A stretch of DNA of 64,000 nt from Leidyana gryllorum EB-2025a (taxonomy: Eukaryota; Protista; Apicomplexa), in contig JBLWGC010000173.1 of NCBI GenBank assembly GCA_048772705.1, positions 1-64,000 of the forward strand, in the 5' to 3' direction. A model generated the notes under the pieces. It was not told the origin of the DNA. It did not search any database and saw only the letters and a program-made list of their open reading frames with translations. The translations under genes and the position numbers were made by a program. Of this stretch, positions 38,930 to 50,666 are shown in pieces (position 1 is the first letter of the stretch; each line of letters begins with the position of its first letter).

Positions 38930-41044
38930 TCATAAAATCGAGCATTTGCGTGGCCGGCTCTTCTTCGGTACTTCGAGCAGTAAGTGTTCTTCGCTTGAGG
39001 GATTATCGGATTGGTTGCCCTCGTGGTGGATGCTCGACGCACATTCGCTTTCAGTTTCTGCATATACCACCGGCTCGTAGTCAGGCGGCATCCGCTCGTA
39101 CTCGTGTTCCACGTGCTCATCTTCATGTAAGGTCTCCTCGCGGTCGGGAGGCAGACTTGGCAGATCGTTGTTAGTGTTTGACCTTCGCACTTTCCCATGT
39201 TTCCTTGCTGCTGTGTTAAAATCTATCTTACACCGCCAGGGTTGGGGTTCTGGTTGTCCAGGAGGCGTTATGATGCAGATTATTTCGTTATCCCTCCATG
39301 AACAAACTTCGCAGCTCAGATTGCTGCGACCGACGTCTTTTCCAAACTGCTGTAGATGCATTTTCGCGCAGTAGTCGAGAGTGGCCCGGTGCCAGGGGGC
39401 ATGTTTCACCTTGATGGTGAAAAGCACAGAGTTACCTGCCCCGTCCACCAACAGGATCTGTACATCGCCAGCAGCTGTCCGGCCACGTACCATCAGCCAT
39501 GGCTGATGGCCGTTCAGTCTCACTGGGGGCCGCCAGCCGACCTCGTCCAACGTTCGGAGGCTCATTCGGGGATGGTCGGCACCACGCTCGGGGTCATAAA
39601 CAAAATGGCTCATGACGGTGTGATAGACGGGTCCCGAGACAGCTCTCTCTTGCAACAGCGCGTCTTGGACTCTTGAGAAGAACGGGAGCTTACCATCCCA
39701 CGGCTGGCCAACCAACAGTAATTTTTTCTGTCGATTCAGTCCGTTCCAAGTTGCCTTGAGTGGCTTCCCGTTGGGGCCCATTTGGTACAGGAGATTCATG
39801 AAAGCACCGTTTTGCACAGCCTCTTTACCGCGTGTGATCGGGAAGCAAGTCAGCGCTCTCAATATCGCTAGTCTCCGGGATGCAATCTTTCGACAGATGA
39901 GAGGGGCCTGTGACACGTCTAAGAAGTTTTCCTCCCACTCGTTATGTTCATTAACGAATTGTACTTTGCAACGGCCATTTGGAAGTACTCTCAACCCCAC
40001 ACCCTCGTCCACCCTTCGATCATTGATGTTGTGGGTCAGTTCAGAGAATATGGCCACACGCGTCTCGGGAGTCATGCCCTTCGTCAGTCCACTCGGCAAA
40101 GAGCAGGTCGGCCCGAGGCGCTTCGACGAGCTCGACAATGCGTCAGGGTTGAGATAAATCCCGGCCTTGTGAGGTTTCTTCGCTCGCCAGCCCCACACCT
40201 TGTGGAAACGTACCTTCGCTGTCTGACCTTTCTCCAATTTTGTCCACACAGAACACATTGCCGCCGGCAGTCCATACTCTCTAGGAGAGTTGCGGAGGAT
40301 CACCTCCTTTTTCATCGTCTCGTTGTAGACCACAGCGAAGAGGTACTTATCATTATCCTCGTTATACACTGACATAACGTGGATCTTCGGCGGCCCCTCG
40401 CGGGTGTATGAGTAGTAATTCAGTTTCCTCCGATGGTCTCGCCATGGGCGATCCTTCACCTCGTGCAGCTGGGTTAAGAGCGGGTAGAAATCTCTGGGCA
40501 GCAACTCTATCATGTCGAGATATCGGCAGAACCGCTGCCGGATGTCCTTGGGAACCGATGGACCGAGTGAATCCCTAAGAAATGACATTGATAACCACTT
40601 GTTGATGTATCCCATTCGCTTCAGAGACAAAAGACGCAGTCGGTATCGAGCCCTCAAGTCTTCCGTTGCCTCAATGGGAGTGCCTCTTTGGTGCAATTGA
40701 TGAATATCGTAACCTTGATTGGTTATTGGCCGCTCCTGGAACCAAGGATTCTTATTGAACTCTTGCAGAAGCCGCACCATGTAGTTCTTTGGGGATTCTC
40801 GGCCTCCGAGCTGTCGCTTCTCCAACAGAAAGAGACCAGTGAGAGTGTTGCTCAGAGCCTTTCTATCCGCCAACCCGCCTGGCCTCAACGCGGAGTCTGG
40901 CACTTGCTCGAGCAAGTGTTGCCATTCCGAGGGATCCGCACCCACCTCGAACTGTGCTACCGCGAAGACAATCAGTTCCCTTAGACTCGTGAGTTGAGCC
41001 CCAGCCCGAGTCTCACGGCATCTTGTAAGCCTCACGATTGCCAT
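38930..41044 (-). CDS. Tandem-family protein, member 2 (~704 aa), polybasic + CaaX tail (PKKSRPRK-CSIL)
   Basis: ORF extends to 41161; start placed at MAIVRL (41044) by similarity to paralog N-termini. Clear block similarity to 43309-45357. Confidence 0.85.
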   Translation of the reverse strand: MAIVRLTRCRETRAGAQLTSLRELIVFAVAQFEVGADPSEWQHLLEQVPDSALRPGGLADRKALSNTLTGLFLLEKRQLGGRESPKNYMVRLLQEFNKNPWFQERPITNQGYDIHQLHQRGTPIEATEDLRARYRLRLLSLKRMGYINKWLSMSFLRDSLGPSVPKDIRQRFCRYLDMIELLPRDFYPLLTQLHEVKDRPWRDHRRKLNYYSYTREGPPKIHVMSVYNEDNDKYLFAVVYNETMKKEVILRNSPREYGLPAAMCSVWTKLEKGQTAKVRFHKVWGWRAKKPHKAGIYLNPDALSSSSKRLGPTCSLPSGLTKGMTPETRVAIFSELTHNINDRRVDEGVGLRVLPNGRCKVQFVNEHNEWEENFLDVSQAPLICRKIASRRLAILRALTCFPITRGKEAVQNGAFMNLLYQMGPNGKPLKATWNGLNRQKKLLLVGQPWDGKLPFFSRVQDALLQERAVSGPVYHTVMSHFVYDPERGADHPRMSLRTLDEVGWRPPVRLNGHQPWLMVRGRTAAGDVQILLVDGAGNSVLFTIKVKHAPWHRATLDYCAKMHLQQFGKDVGRSNLSCEVCSWRDNEIICIITPPGQPEPQPWRCKIDFNTAARKHGKVRRSNTNNDLPSLPPDREETLHEDEHVEHEYERMPPDYEPVVYAETESECASSIHHEGNQSDNPSSEEHLLLEVPKKSRPRKCSIL

Positions 41045-43308
41045 ATGGGCTGGGAAAATAATTTTCAGGTAACCGCTGCCGTGGCGGTCATACATGTCAC
41101 ACTCCAACTCTGGTCTATAAGACTTAACCCTTGACGTTACATATTGAACCATGATCACCACCCTTATTCAGCTTAGTCAACCGAAATGTCTCCCTTGGGG
41201 ACGGTAAAAGAGCGGCCGGGGATACACGGACACGTGTGTGCGACGTAATTACATGTTCGAGTGCTTCAGACTAGAACTATGCATCAGTCGGTGATACCTT
41301 TGATGAATAGCAATAAGAAGTCGGCGACTTGAATGTGCTGAGGAATGAACTTCCATGATCCAAATTTGATGTTTCGGCAATTGCGTGGAGTTCTACTCAC
41401 CAACAACCAAAACAAAAGTCCCGCTGACAGACAGAGTGCACATGACCCTTTGGATCACCCCATCTCGAACGTTCTGCAGGGTGGCATGCTGCCCTCCCAC
41501 ACTCGTGTTCACCTAATCGGCGTGCGAATATAACATCTGCTGTCTGCGCTGCTACGGAAGAACTGCACTTGTGCAGAATAGCCCATCTAGTTTTCTCACA
41601 GACGACCGACGGAGTCTCGTCATTGCTGCTGTTTCAATTCAATAACCACATTGAAGAGGATTGGACCGGAGACCGCTAATTTGCCGATGACCACTCTGCT
41701 TGTGGCCAGCTGCTCTTTACACTCAAGTTGGTACTTCCAACGGTACAATGTTAGTATACATGGGATTCGGGTGAGCTGTGGTTGAAGCAGCATTGACTTG
41801 GGAGGAAAACCTCGTCCCTGGTGCCGTCAAACGTTGTGGTTGTACGACAGTCGGCTGAAATCGAGGGTGCGGTGGTGATTTTTCCCAGTTGGCGGATGGA
41901 TTCGTTCCTCTTCATCATTTGTATCTTTTCGGAGGACGGTCGAAGTGTCGGACAACTCCGATGTTGAGGAGCGACACACCTGGTACCGGGGTGTGGATCA
42001 TGATTATCCCGGAGAAAGTATTTGGTGCCATGCCAGTCTTCTCCGGTCACCCTCATTTCTTGTCCTTTTTAATAAGTTCGTTTGAGATGTGACGGGGGCT
42101 CAGCGATAAGATTGACTATGTTTCAGGAAATTATACTGAGGGAAGAAGAGCTAGCCCCATGTAGTTGAGGAGTAAAGGACTACCTGCTGATGAGTTATTG
42201 AAATCGGGGTGACCAGAGTGTATGTAGCTACCAGAGGGGGACTTCAGTGGGTGGGAACGAGAGCCAGGCGTGGGGGCGGCGGAGTCAGAACTCTTCCCAT
42301 CCTCGGTTCTGGACCGCCCTCTCGCCTTCTTCGCCAGTACTACCTGTCCTGTTGACTGACTGAGACGCCTCCAGCTGTGGACCATCTTAATGCCAAAGAT
42401 CGGTGTTTACCTTCATTTTGGGAGAGTGTCTCAGGGCGCCTGTGGACGATATTAAATGCCAAAAATCGGTTGTTCACCTTCATTCCGGGAGAGGGTCTCA
42501 GGGCAGTGCTTGACGCTTCAACCTCAGAATGGCGGGGACGTGAGTCCCGAGCCATCAAATGGGACTGGGGATCATCTGTGTCGAATCACCCAATCGCAGG
42601 AGGAGCGGACACGCACTTGTCACCAGCATGCGCTCACATGGAAGGTGCATCTAGTTGCCGGGGTGGAGCGAGTGCGCCCAATGCTTGTGTCAGTGATGCG
42701 CAGCAGAGATAGAGGTCTCAGTGACATATCACCAGCGCCACTAAGAGTCGTGTAAGGCGGTGATAAGAATCGTGTAAGGCGGTGACTGACGTTCGGATCG
42801 ATTCAATCGATCTTCGCGCTGGGGGTGCCGATGAGCATCTGACAAATGCCGGCTGTCAGCAAACCGAGTACCGGCCAAGCACCTTGAACCCGTTTCCGTC
42901 TCTCAATCCCTCCCTCGTCGCAGTGGACATTGTGCTCGGAAGGCTGCCCGCCCAAGTGGGACAGCTGCGCCACAGACCCCTATCGGCTACCAATGCGGGC
43001 GAAGCCACGCGAGAAATCGAGTCGATGATTGTGAACTTCTCCAACGGCATGAGGCTGCAATCCGGGGCCAGCCGCAGTCGACTGAATACTGAATGATGGT
43101 TAGTCTCCCTTTGACCCAAGTGGATTGAGTTTTCTCATATCATAAAAGTAGCCAATCGGCAATGTTTTTGGGTCAACTGAGAGATGTTGTGCTAAGAGAT
43201 ACACTTTCTTGGCGACAAAGATGATGCCGGAGTATATATCCACAGGAAGACGCTATTCACGCTGTTCGAGTCAGTAACAATTAAACACCACTTTTCACCT
43301 CCATACAG

Positions 43309-45357
43309 TCACAAAATCGTGCACAAAGACGAACACGGACACGAGCAACCGCCCCCTCTTGGGGACTCAACCTCGTCGAACAACACGTTTCCCTCTCTCG
43401 TCTCGGAAGTCACTTCTACTGCCAGTAACGCAGGGGCGGCATGATCCCTCGTCACCGTCCAGCGCTTCACAGTCCACTGCTGCAATGGATCTGGGCTGGG
43501 ATAGGGTGTGAGGAGCACAATGCGGCCTTCCTCCCATTCGGTGATCACCCCCTCCATGTGAGGAACCTCTTCGTCGTTTGCCCGCGATATGTGGTGTCGG
43601 AATATGTGGTCAACTGCATCATCGAGGAGCTGCGACTTCAAAGGAGGATTGGAACTTGTCACCTTCAGAGTCATACTTTCACCCTTCTTATTGGCCAACA
43701 AGAGTTTCAAAATGCCCTGTGGAGTGCGTCCATGGACCATCAACCAACGCACGTCCTCCGAGATCTGTTTGGGCCGCCACTCTACTTCTAAATTTGAGAC
43801 ATTGAAAAAGGAGAGGGCAACGGCGGGTCTAGTGGCTCTGTGGCTCTCCTGAGACCCGAAGTGGCTCAACACTCTCGTGAAAATGTGGGTGTCCATGGAA
43901 GGTTGTTGGAGTAGTTGGTCACGGACATGAGCAAATTGAGGCTGCTGCTCCTTGAAGGTCCTGGCGACCTCAAGTAGGGCCCCGACCGCCAGAAGTTTAT
44001 CCAATCGCAGATCATCTTTCGGTGAGAAAGCGTCTCCGTGAAGGAGTTCCATACAAATCGCATTGGTCCAAATGTGCTCGGGGATTGATTTCGTGACATT
44101 AGTCGGTAGCGGCTTTGTGGCGAGCCATGCATTGACTCGCTGCCGTGTATCGTCTCTTTCTCGCTTCAGAAGAGAATTGATTGCCCGTGTCCTGGAGCGA
44201 TCCAACACTTTCTCTCCCCAGTCGTCCTCCGGGGTTTTAAAGAGCACTTTGCAGCTGCCATTCGGAGCAACTCTCAGGCCCACTTTGGTGTCGACCATGC
44301 GGTCCGGGAGGTCATGTGTAATTTCCGAGAACAATTCTACACGGTCTTCAATGCTCCAAGAGTCGAGCAGACTGCCCAGCACCCAATTGTCATTTTCGTT
44401 CGCCAACGAGACGAGATGACTGGGCCAGTCCTGGTGCATCTCCCCGCCAGGCGCGCTGGGCCCACTTTTCTCAAGGCCCTCAGGGCTCAGGTACAGTCCA
44501 TTTCGATTCTGGATGGCGGCTGCTTTGGTCCACCCCGCCATGTCATTGTGAGAGACCCCTGCCGCTTCACCTCTGTGCAGGCGACCCCACAACTCAGTAG
44601 AAGAGACGGGGAGTTCAGTCGATATGTGGTGATCACGAATGACAAGCTCTTTGTCGTCTGTCTCGTTATGGAGGACAGCGAAGACGTATTTCTGCTTCTG
44701 CCGACAGTAAACCGACATAACGTGAACCACAGGGGGGCCAAGGACACTGTATGAGTAGTAATCGAGGTTTTTGTCCATGTCTCGCCATGGAAGACCCGTT
44801 TTTTCATGCAGATGGAGTAAGAGAGGAAAGAAGTCCGTTGGCAGAAGCTCCATCATTTCCAAGTATCGACAGAATCGTGAACGAACCCGAGCCGGGATCA
44901 ATGGGCCAAGCGAATCTGCCAGGAACGACATAGTTAGGTATTTGTTGGCGTAACCCAATCGATTCAATACCGACAGACGCAGTCGGTAAGGACTCGTCCG
45001 CTCGGGTTGGTCAGCATATGTCTGCAACATCTCGGACACCTTTCGCTTATGGCGTGTGAGCGGGTGCCCCGAATTCATATTCTTCACCACTTGCTGTACA
45101 AATGTGGCAGGCGGAATCTCCGCGCGCTGTCGGCACTCCAAGACAAAGAGTCCTTGCAAAGTCTCGAGGAAGGGCCCCCAATTGTTGATGTGTTTATGTT
45201 CTTCATACCAGGATGTGCTCTTGAGTAACGTCATCCAATCTGGGGTCGTGGGTACAATGTCCAGACACTCTGCCATCATTGATATGACTTCTTTGAAAGT
45301 CGTCACTCTAGCGAGAACCGATGGTCCTCGGTGCGGCACTCTGACATGGCTCATCAT
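43309..45357 (-). CDS. Tandem-family protein, member 3 (682 aa), Cys-rich + CaaX tail (CSCPCSSL-CTIL)
   Basis: Long single ORF sharing YRLRL..GY.NK.L.MSFL.DSLGP, RFCRYL.M.ELLP.DF.PLL, YYSY...GPP..HVMSVY, VGLRV.PNG.CKV.F and WLMV.GRT..G with member 2. Confidence 0.85.
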   Translation of the reverse strand: MMSHVRVPHRGPSVLARVTTFKEVISMMAECLDIVPTTPDWMTLLKSTSWYEEHKHINNWGPFLETLQGLFVLECRQRAEIPPATFVQQVVKNMNSGHPLTRHKRKVSEMLQTYADQPERTSPYRLRLSVLNRLGYANKYLTMSFLADSLGPLIPARVRSRFCRYLEMMELLPTDFFPLLLHLHEKTGLPWRDMDKNLDYYSYSVLGPPVVHVMSVYCRQKQKYVFAVLHNETDDKELVIRDHHISTELPVSSTELWGRLHRGEAAGVSHNDMAGWTKAAAIQNRNGLYLSPEGLEKSGPSAPGGEMHQDWPSHLVSLANENDNWVLGSLLDSWSIEDRVELFSEITHDLPDRMVDTKVGLRVAPNGSCKVLFKTPEDDWGEKVLDRSRTRAINSLLKRERDDTRQRVNAWLATKPLPTNVTKSIPEHIWTNAICMELLHGDAFSPKDDLRLDKLLAVGALLEVARTFKEQQPQFAHVRDQLLQQPSMDTHIFTRVLSHFGSQESHRATRPAVALSFFNVSNLEVEWRPKQISEDVRWLMVHGRTPQGILKLLLANKKGESMTLKVTSSNPPLKSQLLDDAVDHIFRHHISRANDEEVPHMEGVITEWEEGRIVLLTPYPSPDPLQQWTVKRWTVTRDHAAPALLAVEVTSETREGNVLFDEVESPRGGGCSCPCSSLCTIL

Positions 45358-45763
45358 AACGGATCCAAATAAAAGAATTGAGTTTTGGCCGACAATCGAC
45401 GGTGAAGAACGACCCCGACCGCAGCTCGGTGCGGTTCACCACCCTCAATGATTTTGAGCACTTCCCAGTCATATAGTCAATAAATTGTCTCTTATTGTCA
45501 CCACCTTCAAAGTGTCTTGAGACTTACACATCTGCCAAAGACAGACTCAGCGGCCGATGGTCCGGGAGAGGAGGTAGGGGGAACTCGCACGTGGCCCTTC
45601 AATTGACGATACATATCTCGAAAGTGTTCGACGAGGTCAATCTCCAGGCGCTAGGGATTGAGTGTCGTATTTGAGGGTTCCTAGATCATTTGGTATGCCA
45701 GTAGTGAACTGGGCGCTGTCAGAGCTGGGTGCAACGAGCATTTGGTTTAAGTCGTTCTCTCCT

Positions 45764-47427
45764 TCAAGTTATAAAAAGGTCACAGCACACACGTGTTTGT
45801 ATGTTCCCCCGGTCTCCTACGAAATTGGGTGGCTGTCCGGTTGGCGCCCACGAGGCGTACAGTACTACCCTATGACTATTTTTACCATTAAGCGACGTCA
45901 CCAGTACTATTTCCTTGCGGAGATCAATCATTTCTACCCTGGGTACCTGATCATCATTGAGTGGATGCAGAGGCGCCAAAGGTCGATGTCGGAAGCCGAC
46001 CTCTAATAGCCTTGAGACCTCACCAATGAGTAAAATCTGGTGTAGAATGTATTCCCGCGCTCGTAGCCTAATCTCGCGTGATTGGTCCTCTTTGCCAGTC
46101 CAGCATGAGAGACATGTGCGTGTGCCACCTGCCCGCCATCTGGCTGCCCCATCGCTTTTGAGACCCAAGTCACAGTGCCCCATGTAATCAAGAGAAGCAT
46201 CTCCCGCACTCAGTAGCATCAGCTGCTCCAGCGGTGGGAGATGAAGGGTCACTTTCCCCAGAAAGTCAAGGCTGCTATCCTGCCCAATATGCCCGTGGGC
46301 ACATTCGAAGGGATTCCGATTGGGGGTGGAGCCCGATCTTGGCAGAATCCACAGCTTCTGGAATCGTTGAAAGGAATCGTTCCCGAGTCCGTTCCTACTT
46401 CCATCAACTCTTCGGTTTGGGCGACCGGCTCTATAATTCCTTTATGCTCGTGACCCTCCGTCAGATGACCCAGAAGGAGTCTCATTAAGGGAGCATGGAT
46501 TAGCAGGGCTCTAAATCCCGCCGAGTATTTATCAGGACGTGTATGGCACAAGTACAGAGCGAAATGCCTTCCCGTCTCCCAAGGAGCTTATCTAGCACAC
46601 CAACGCTGACTAATACTTTCTGAAGTACCCCTCTTTGTCTGTATCCACGACCAAAGCGCCCTCCAACGATGATCGGACCGCCTTTGGATCCAATGAGGTG
46701 ACGTCTGCTTTTGGCTGAGCCGAACAGCGTGATGTTGGAGTAGCACATCCCTCGTTTCCATTGAACCCGTTTGCGGGTAGCCTTGCGCAGGGACTCCAAG
46801 TTCACGTTAGCATACTCAACGAGAAGAAAGGACCGCGGCCGTATGGAGAGGTTGTCCAGCTGGCTCGGGGGAGGTGCTCCCCCCGCTTCTCTGTCTCGGG
46901 ATCAGAAATAACCTCACCCCTCCCACCATGTCGATGTATTGAACAAAGCGCATCCTGATAGGCTGAGGGATGTCGTAGGAGAGCATACCGGCCACTGCTC
47001 GTACGGGCAGAAGGCCAGCGGTCTCATCATAGTGTTGTTCGTCGACAGTCCATCTGCGCAGCCACCGGCAAAAGTGCTGACACGAGGAGTCCCGTGTTTC
47101 CGATATTGAACTCTCTGTTTCGAGCGTAACATTGCTATTGAGTTCCCCGAACTCCGAGTTGTAACGGTCAACTATGGCTCGGCGGAATTCCTGGGGATCG
47201 GTGTAGTGACCGCTATCATGTAACAAGCTGTAACATTCCGCCAATGTCGCCATTACAGGTTTGAACCGTTCCAAATCCATTCTGCCCGTTTGAATCCAAC
47301 TTTCAACATCAGCCGTCGTCAGCCAACACAATGCGTTCCCTATCTGCGCCACCACCATTGAGGCGACTTCTGTACCTCGCGCCAAGGCGCCTCTCCGTCT
47401 TGACCGTTGGACTCTGATGTGGGCCAT
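45764..47427 (-). pseudogene. Degenerate tandem-family member (frameshifts and stops after ~170 codons)
   Basis: MAHIRVQRS N-terminus and IPQPIRMRFVQYIDMVG motif. Downstream fragments in different frames include QTEELMEVG, which matches QTEELMAVA of 47985-49124. Confidence 0.65.
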
Positions 47428-47984
47428 AGTGCGTCAAAAATTTTTCCCATGGATCACTCTTCCCCTATGGCTTTGGGGTTTGGCGCGAGCGTCCTTCGGA
47501 GTGTGTCTAAGCTGAGCAATTCATCTCGGACCATTCTGCACAGAATCGTATTTCTCAGCAGTGAACCGGCTACGAATGTTTCTTTTGGCGTCACAGTAAT
47601 GTCGTCTGCAGTCAAACGTAAGTATCGAGGGCGGACATGTTCCATTTCGCGACTGAAAGGGCTCAAGGTACATCAGCGTGATGGTCACTGAACACCAATT
47701 GCAAAGAATGCACAATTCCAGCTCGGTTTGCACTCATCCGATACCTTGAAGTTCGTTCCGGGCCATAGACTGAATCGGGATTCACTTAGATTAGTTTCTG
47801 CAGAGCGCAGGTATGTGTTTGTTGGCCGGTGTCTCCGTGGTGACCGGCCCGTCAGTTCAAATGGGAGATGCATACCGAAATAAAAGAAGTCACACAAATG
47901 GTTCATCTTTTCAGAGTTGCCTGAACCTGTAGTTTGGTGTCGCTCTGAGATTGGGCTAACTGAGTTACACCCCATAACGATCTC

Positions 47985-49124
47985 TCAGCTCCGATCAATA
48001 GGCAAGAAACCTCCGGTGTAAGTATTCTCCGACGGATCCCACAGCTGCAACATTTTCCCGCGTCTCCTTCCGTTCGCAGTCCCCTCGACCCAGTCGTGGA
48101 TCCTGCCATGGGGGATCTCGTTCCAGCCCCTGTTGTGGACCACAGGGTGCGAAAGAGCCGCATCGAGGGTGTTCCATGTCCTGTTCTCGGGTGCATCCTC
48201 CAGATTGAGGGATACGATTCGTCCATAAGGCCCGATCACTAACATTTGGCATGGGCTCAATTTGCTTTCCCCCAAAATCGCCACATACGATCGGGGCAGA
48301 ACGTCGACCTGGAGTGGTCGCAAGTTAATGTTCCATATCTTGGTGAAGTTCGATTGGCCGTTTGGGTCTGATGTCGTCGTACAGCGTGACAGGACCAGCT
48401 TGAAGATCTCCGGTTTAATGTCGGGGACCAGCCGCAAAAGTGCATCCCTGACATGAAGAAAAACTTCGCCCCTTTCACGGTGTGGGAAGGCGTTGGCAAC
48501 AGCCATCAACTCCTCAGTTTGCGATATGGCCTCTGGTATTGTGATTGATGAAGCCTGTGTACCCTGTTTGCCCGCAAGCAGTTTCGCCAACACGGCATCT
48601 TCGAAAATTTCTCTAGACTGCGCGGACAACTTTCGCGTAGAGTTGTTGCGGTCGAGGGCGTCCTGAATTTCTAGTCGAACACTGTCCATTGTGTGAAGGA
48701 GGAGTGGGGCACAGTCAAGATTCAGTTGCGAAGTTTGGGGCCACTCAGGATGGGCATTCCATTCCGCCACGAGCTCGCCTTGTTCCGACAACCCGAGTCT
48801 GTATCGTAGTGGGGTGGACCCTCTCCCCGGTTTGGGCTTGAGACATTTCTCGATTTCCCAGTGGACTGTATCGTGGTCCAAAGGGTTAATCATCTTGAGC
48901 AGGAAGTCAGCATTCAGGTTCTTTGTCTTTCCGACCCCTGGCTCGACAAGATTTGGCACAGAGCGGAGGTGATCGTTCTGGACGGATTCCGGTGAAGTAA
49001 CTTCTTCAAGTGATACGGAGGGTACGGCACATCCGCTGCTCTGGGTGAACATGCCTGATGCAAGTCTCGCGCAATTCATAAAAGCATTTTGGCTTCTTCG
49101 CGGTTGCACTCTGATTGGTGACAT
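47985..49124 (-). CDS. Internally deleted tandem-family member (~379 aa: N-terminal peptide fused to C-terminal half)
   Basis: MSPIRVQPRR start, then ELMAVANAF..FLHVRDALL..EIFKLVLSR matches LLEVARTF..FAHVRDQLL..HIFTRVLSH of member 3. Lacks the RFCRY block and the CaaX tail. Confidence 0.65.
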   Translation of the reverse strand: MSPIRVQPRRSQNAFMNCARLASGMFTQSSGCAVPSVSLEEVTSPESVQNDHLRSVPNLVEPGVGKTKNLNADFLLKMINPLDHDTVHWEIEKCLKPKPGRGSTPLRYRLGLSEQGELVAEWNAHPEWPQTSQLNLDCAPLLLHTMDSVRLEIQDALDRNNSTRKLSAQSREIFEDAVLAKLLAGKQGTQASSITIPEAISQTEELMAVANAFPHRERGEVFLHVRDALLRLVPDIKPEIFKLVLSRCTTTSDPNGQSNFTKIWNINLRPLQVDVLPRSYVAILGESKLSPCQMLVIGPYGRIVSLNLEDAPENRTWNTLDAALSHPVVHNRGWNEIPHGRIHDWVEGTANGRRRGKMLQLWDPSENTYTGGFLPIDRS

Positions 49125-50666
49125 TGTGACTTCAGCAATTGGATAAATCCACAATAAATTACAATTTTTTGGATGTCGACGACAAATAAGACATAACAGC
49201 AGAATGCTCTCAAATTGCTCTGGACGACCGGAGTGGCACGGAACCGACCGCTAAACTCCACAGTGACACTTCACCGCCCCCCTCGAAGACACGTAGTGTC
49301 CACCGGCGTAGATAAGGCGAGCTTGCCACAACTGCTGCTCCACACCCTCCAAAGCGATGTCCCCCATCGGTACGTCGTAGCCGCAACGTCATCAAGGTGG
49401 TCACTAAAACGAGTTTCTTCTCGTCCAGAGGGCCCTCGTAGGGTCTTCTCCTGGTGTCCTCCCTCTCAGAGTGCGAAGGCCTCTGTCGGCTTTTCTGAGG
49501 TCCGAGTGAGTCGTCGAAACGCGACTCTTTTCTGAAGAAGCGGGTGGGTGGCCGGCCACCATCGTTTGTCGACTTGTTGAGACACAAAACACCTCTGCGC
49601 CGCCTTCAGGTCTCCCACTATCTCGATGTATCGGCAAAAGCTCGTTGAATCTCCTTTTTGGAGCCCCCTGGATGAGTATGTCGGCGGCCATAACCTACAA
49701 AGGGATCCAGCGGCCTGTATTCGTGGTATCCAGAGTCTGAGCCTCCCATCCATCCCAGAGCTACAGATGTTTCCGAGCACCCGTGAGCGGCCCTGTCCAC
49801 CGAGTATGTAGGCACAGAGCGGAGGTGATCGTTCTGGACGGATTCCGGTGAAGTAACTTCTTCAAGTGATGCGGAGGGTACGGCACATCCGCTGCTCTGG
49901 GTGAACATGCCTGATGCAAGTCTCGCGCAATTCATAAAAGCACTTTGGCTTCTTCGCGGTTGCACTTTGATTGGTGACATTGTGACTGCAGCAATTGGAT
50001 AAATCCACAATAATTAACAAATTTATGGATGTCGACGACAAATAAGACATAACAGCAGAATGCTCTCAAATTGCTCTGGACGACCGGAGTGGCACGGAAC
50101 CGACCGCTAAACTCCACAGTGACACTTCACCGCCCCCCTCGAAGACACGTAGTGTCCACCGGCGTAGATAAGGCGAGCTTGCCACAACTGCTGCTCCACA
50201 CCCTCCAAAGCGATGTCCCCCATCGGTACGTCGTAGCCGCAACGTCATCAAGGTGGTCACTGAAACGAGTTTCTTCTCGTCCAGAGGGCCCTCGTAGGGT
50301 CTTCTCCTGGTGTCCTCCCTCTCAGAGTGCGAAGGCCTCTGTCGGCTTTTCTGAGGTCCGAGTGAGTCGTCGAAACGCGACTCTTTTCTGAAGAAGCGGG
50401 TGGGTGGCCGGCCACCATCGTTTGTCGACTTGTTGAGACACAAAACACCTCTGCGCCGCCTTCAGGTCTCCCACTATCTCGATGTATCGGCAAAAGCTCG
50501 TTGAATCTCCTTTTTGGAGCCCCCTGGATGAGTATGTCGGCGGCCATAACCTACAAAGAGATCCAGCGGCCTGTATTCGTGGTATCCAGAGTCTGAGCCT
50601 CCCATCCACCCCAGAGCTACAGATGTTTCCGAGCACCCGTGAGCGGCGCTGTCGACCGAGTATGTA
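48955..50666. repeat. Direct tandem duplication, 2 x 856 bp (48955-49810, 49811-50666)
   Basis: Near-identical copies, each starting ggcacagagcggaggtgatcg and ending cgagtatgta. Confidence 0.95.

Noticed and set aside
38548-39198. 216-aa Cys-rich ORF containing VTDNG (transposase-like)
   Set aside because: It overlaps family member 2 in another frame and has no other DDE-transposase motifs or terminal repeats.
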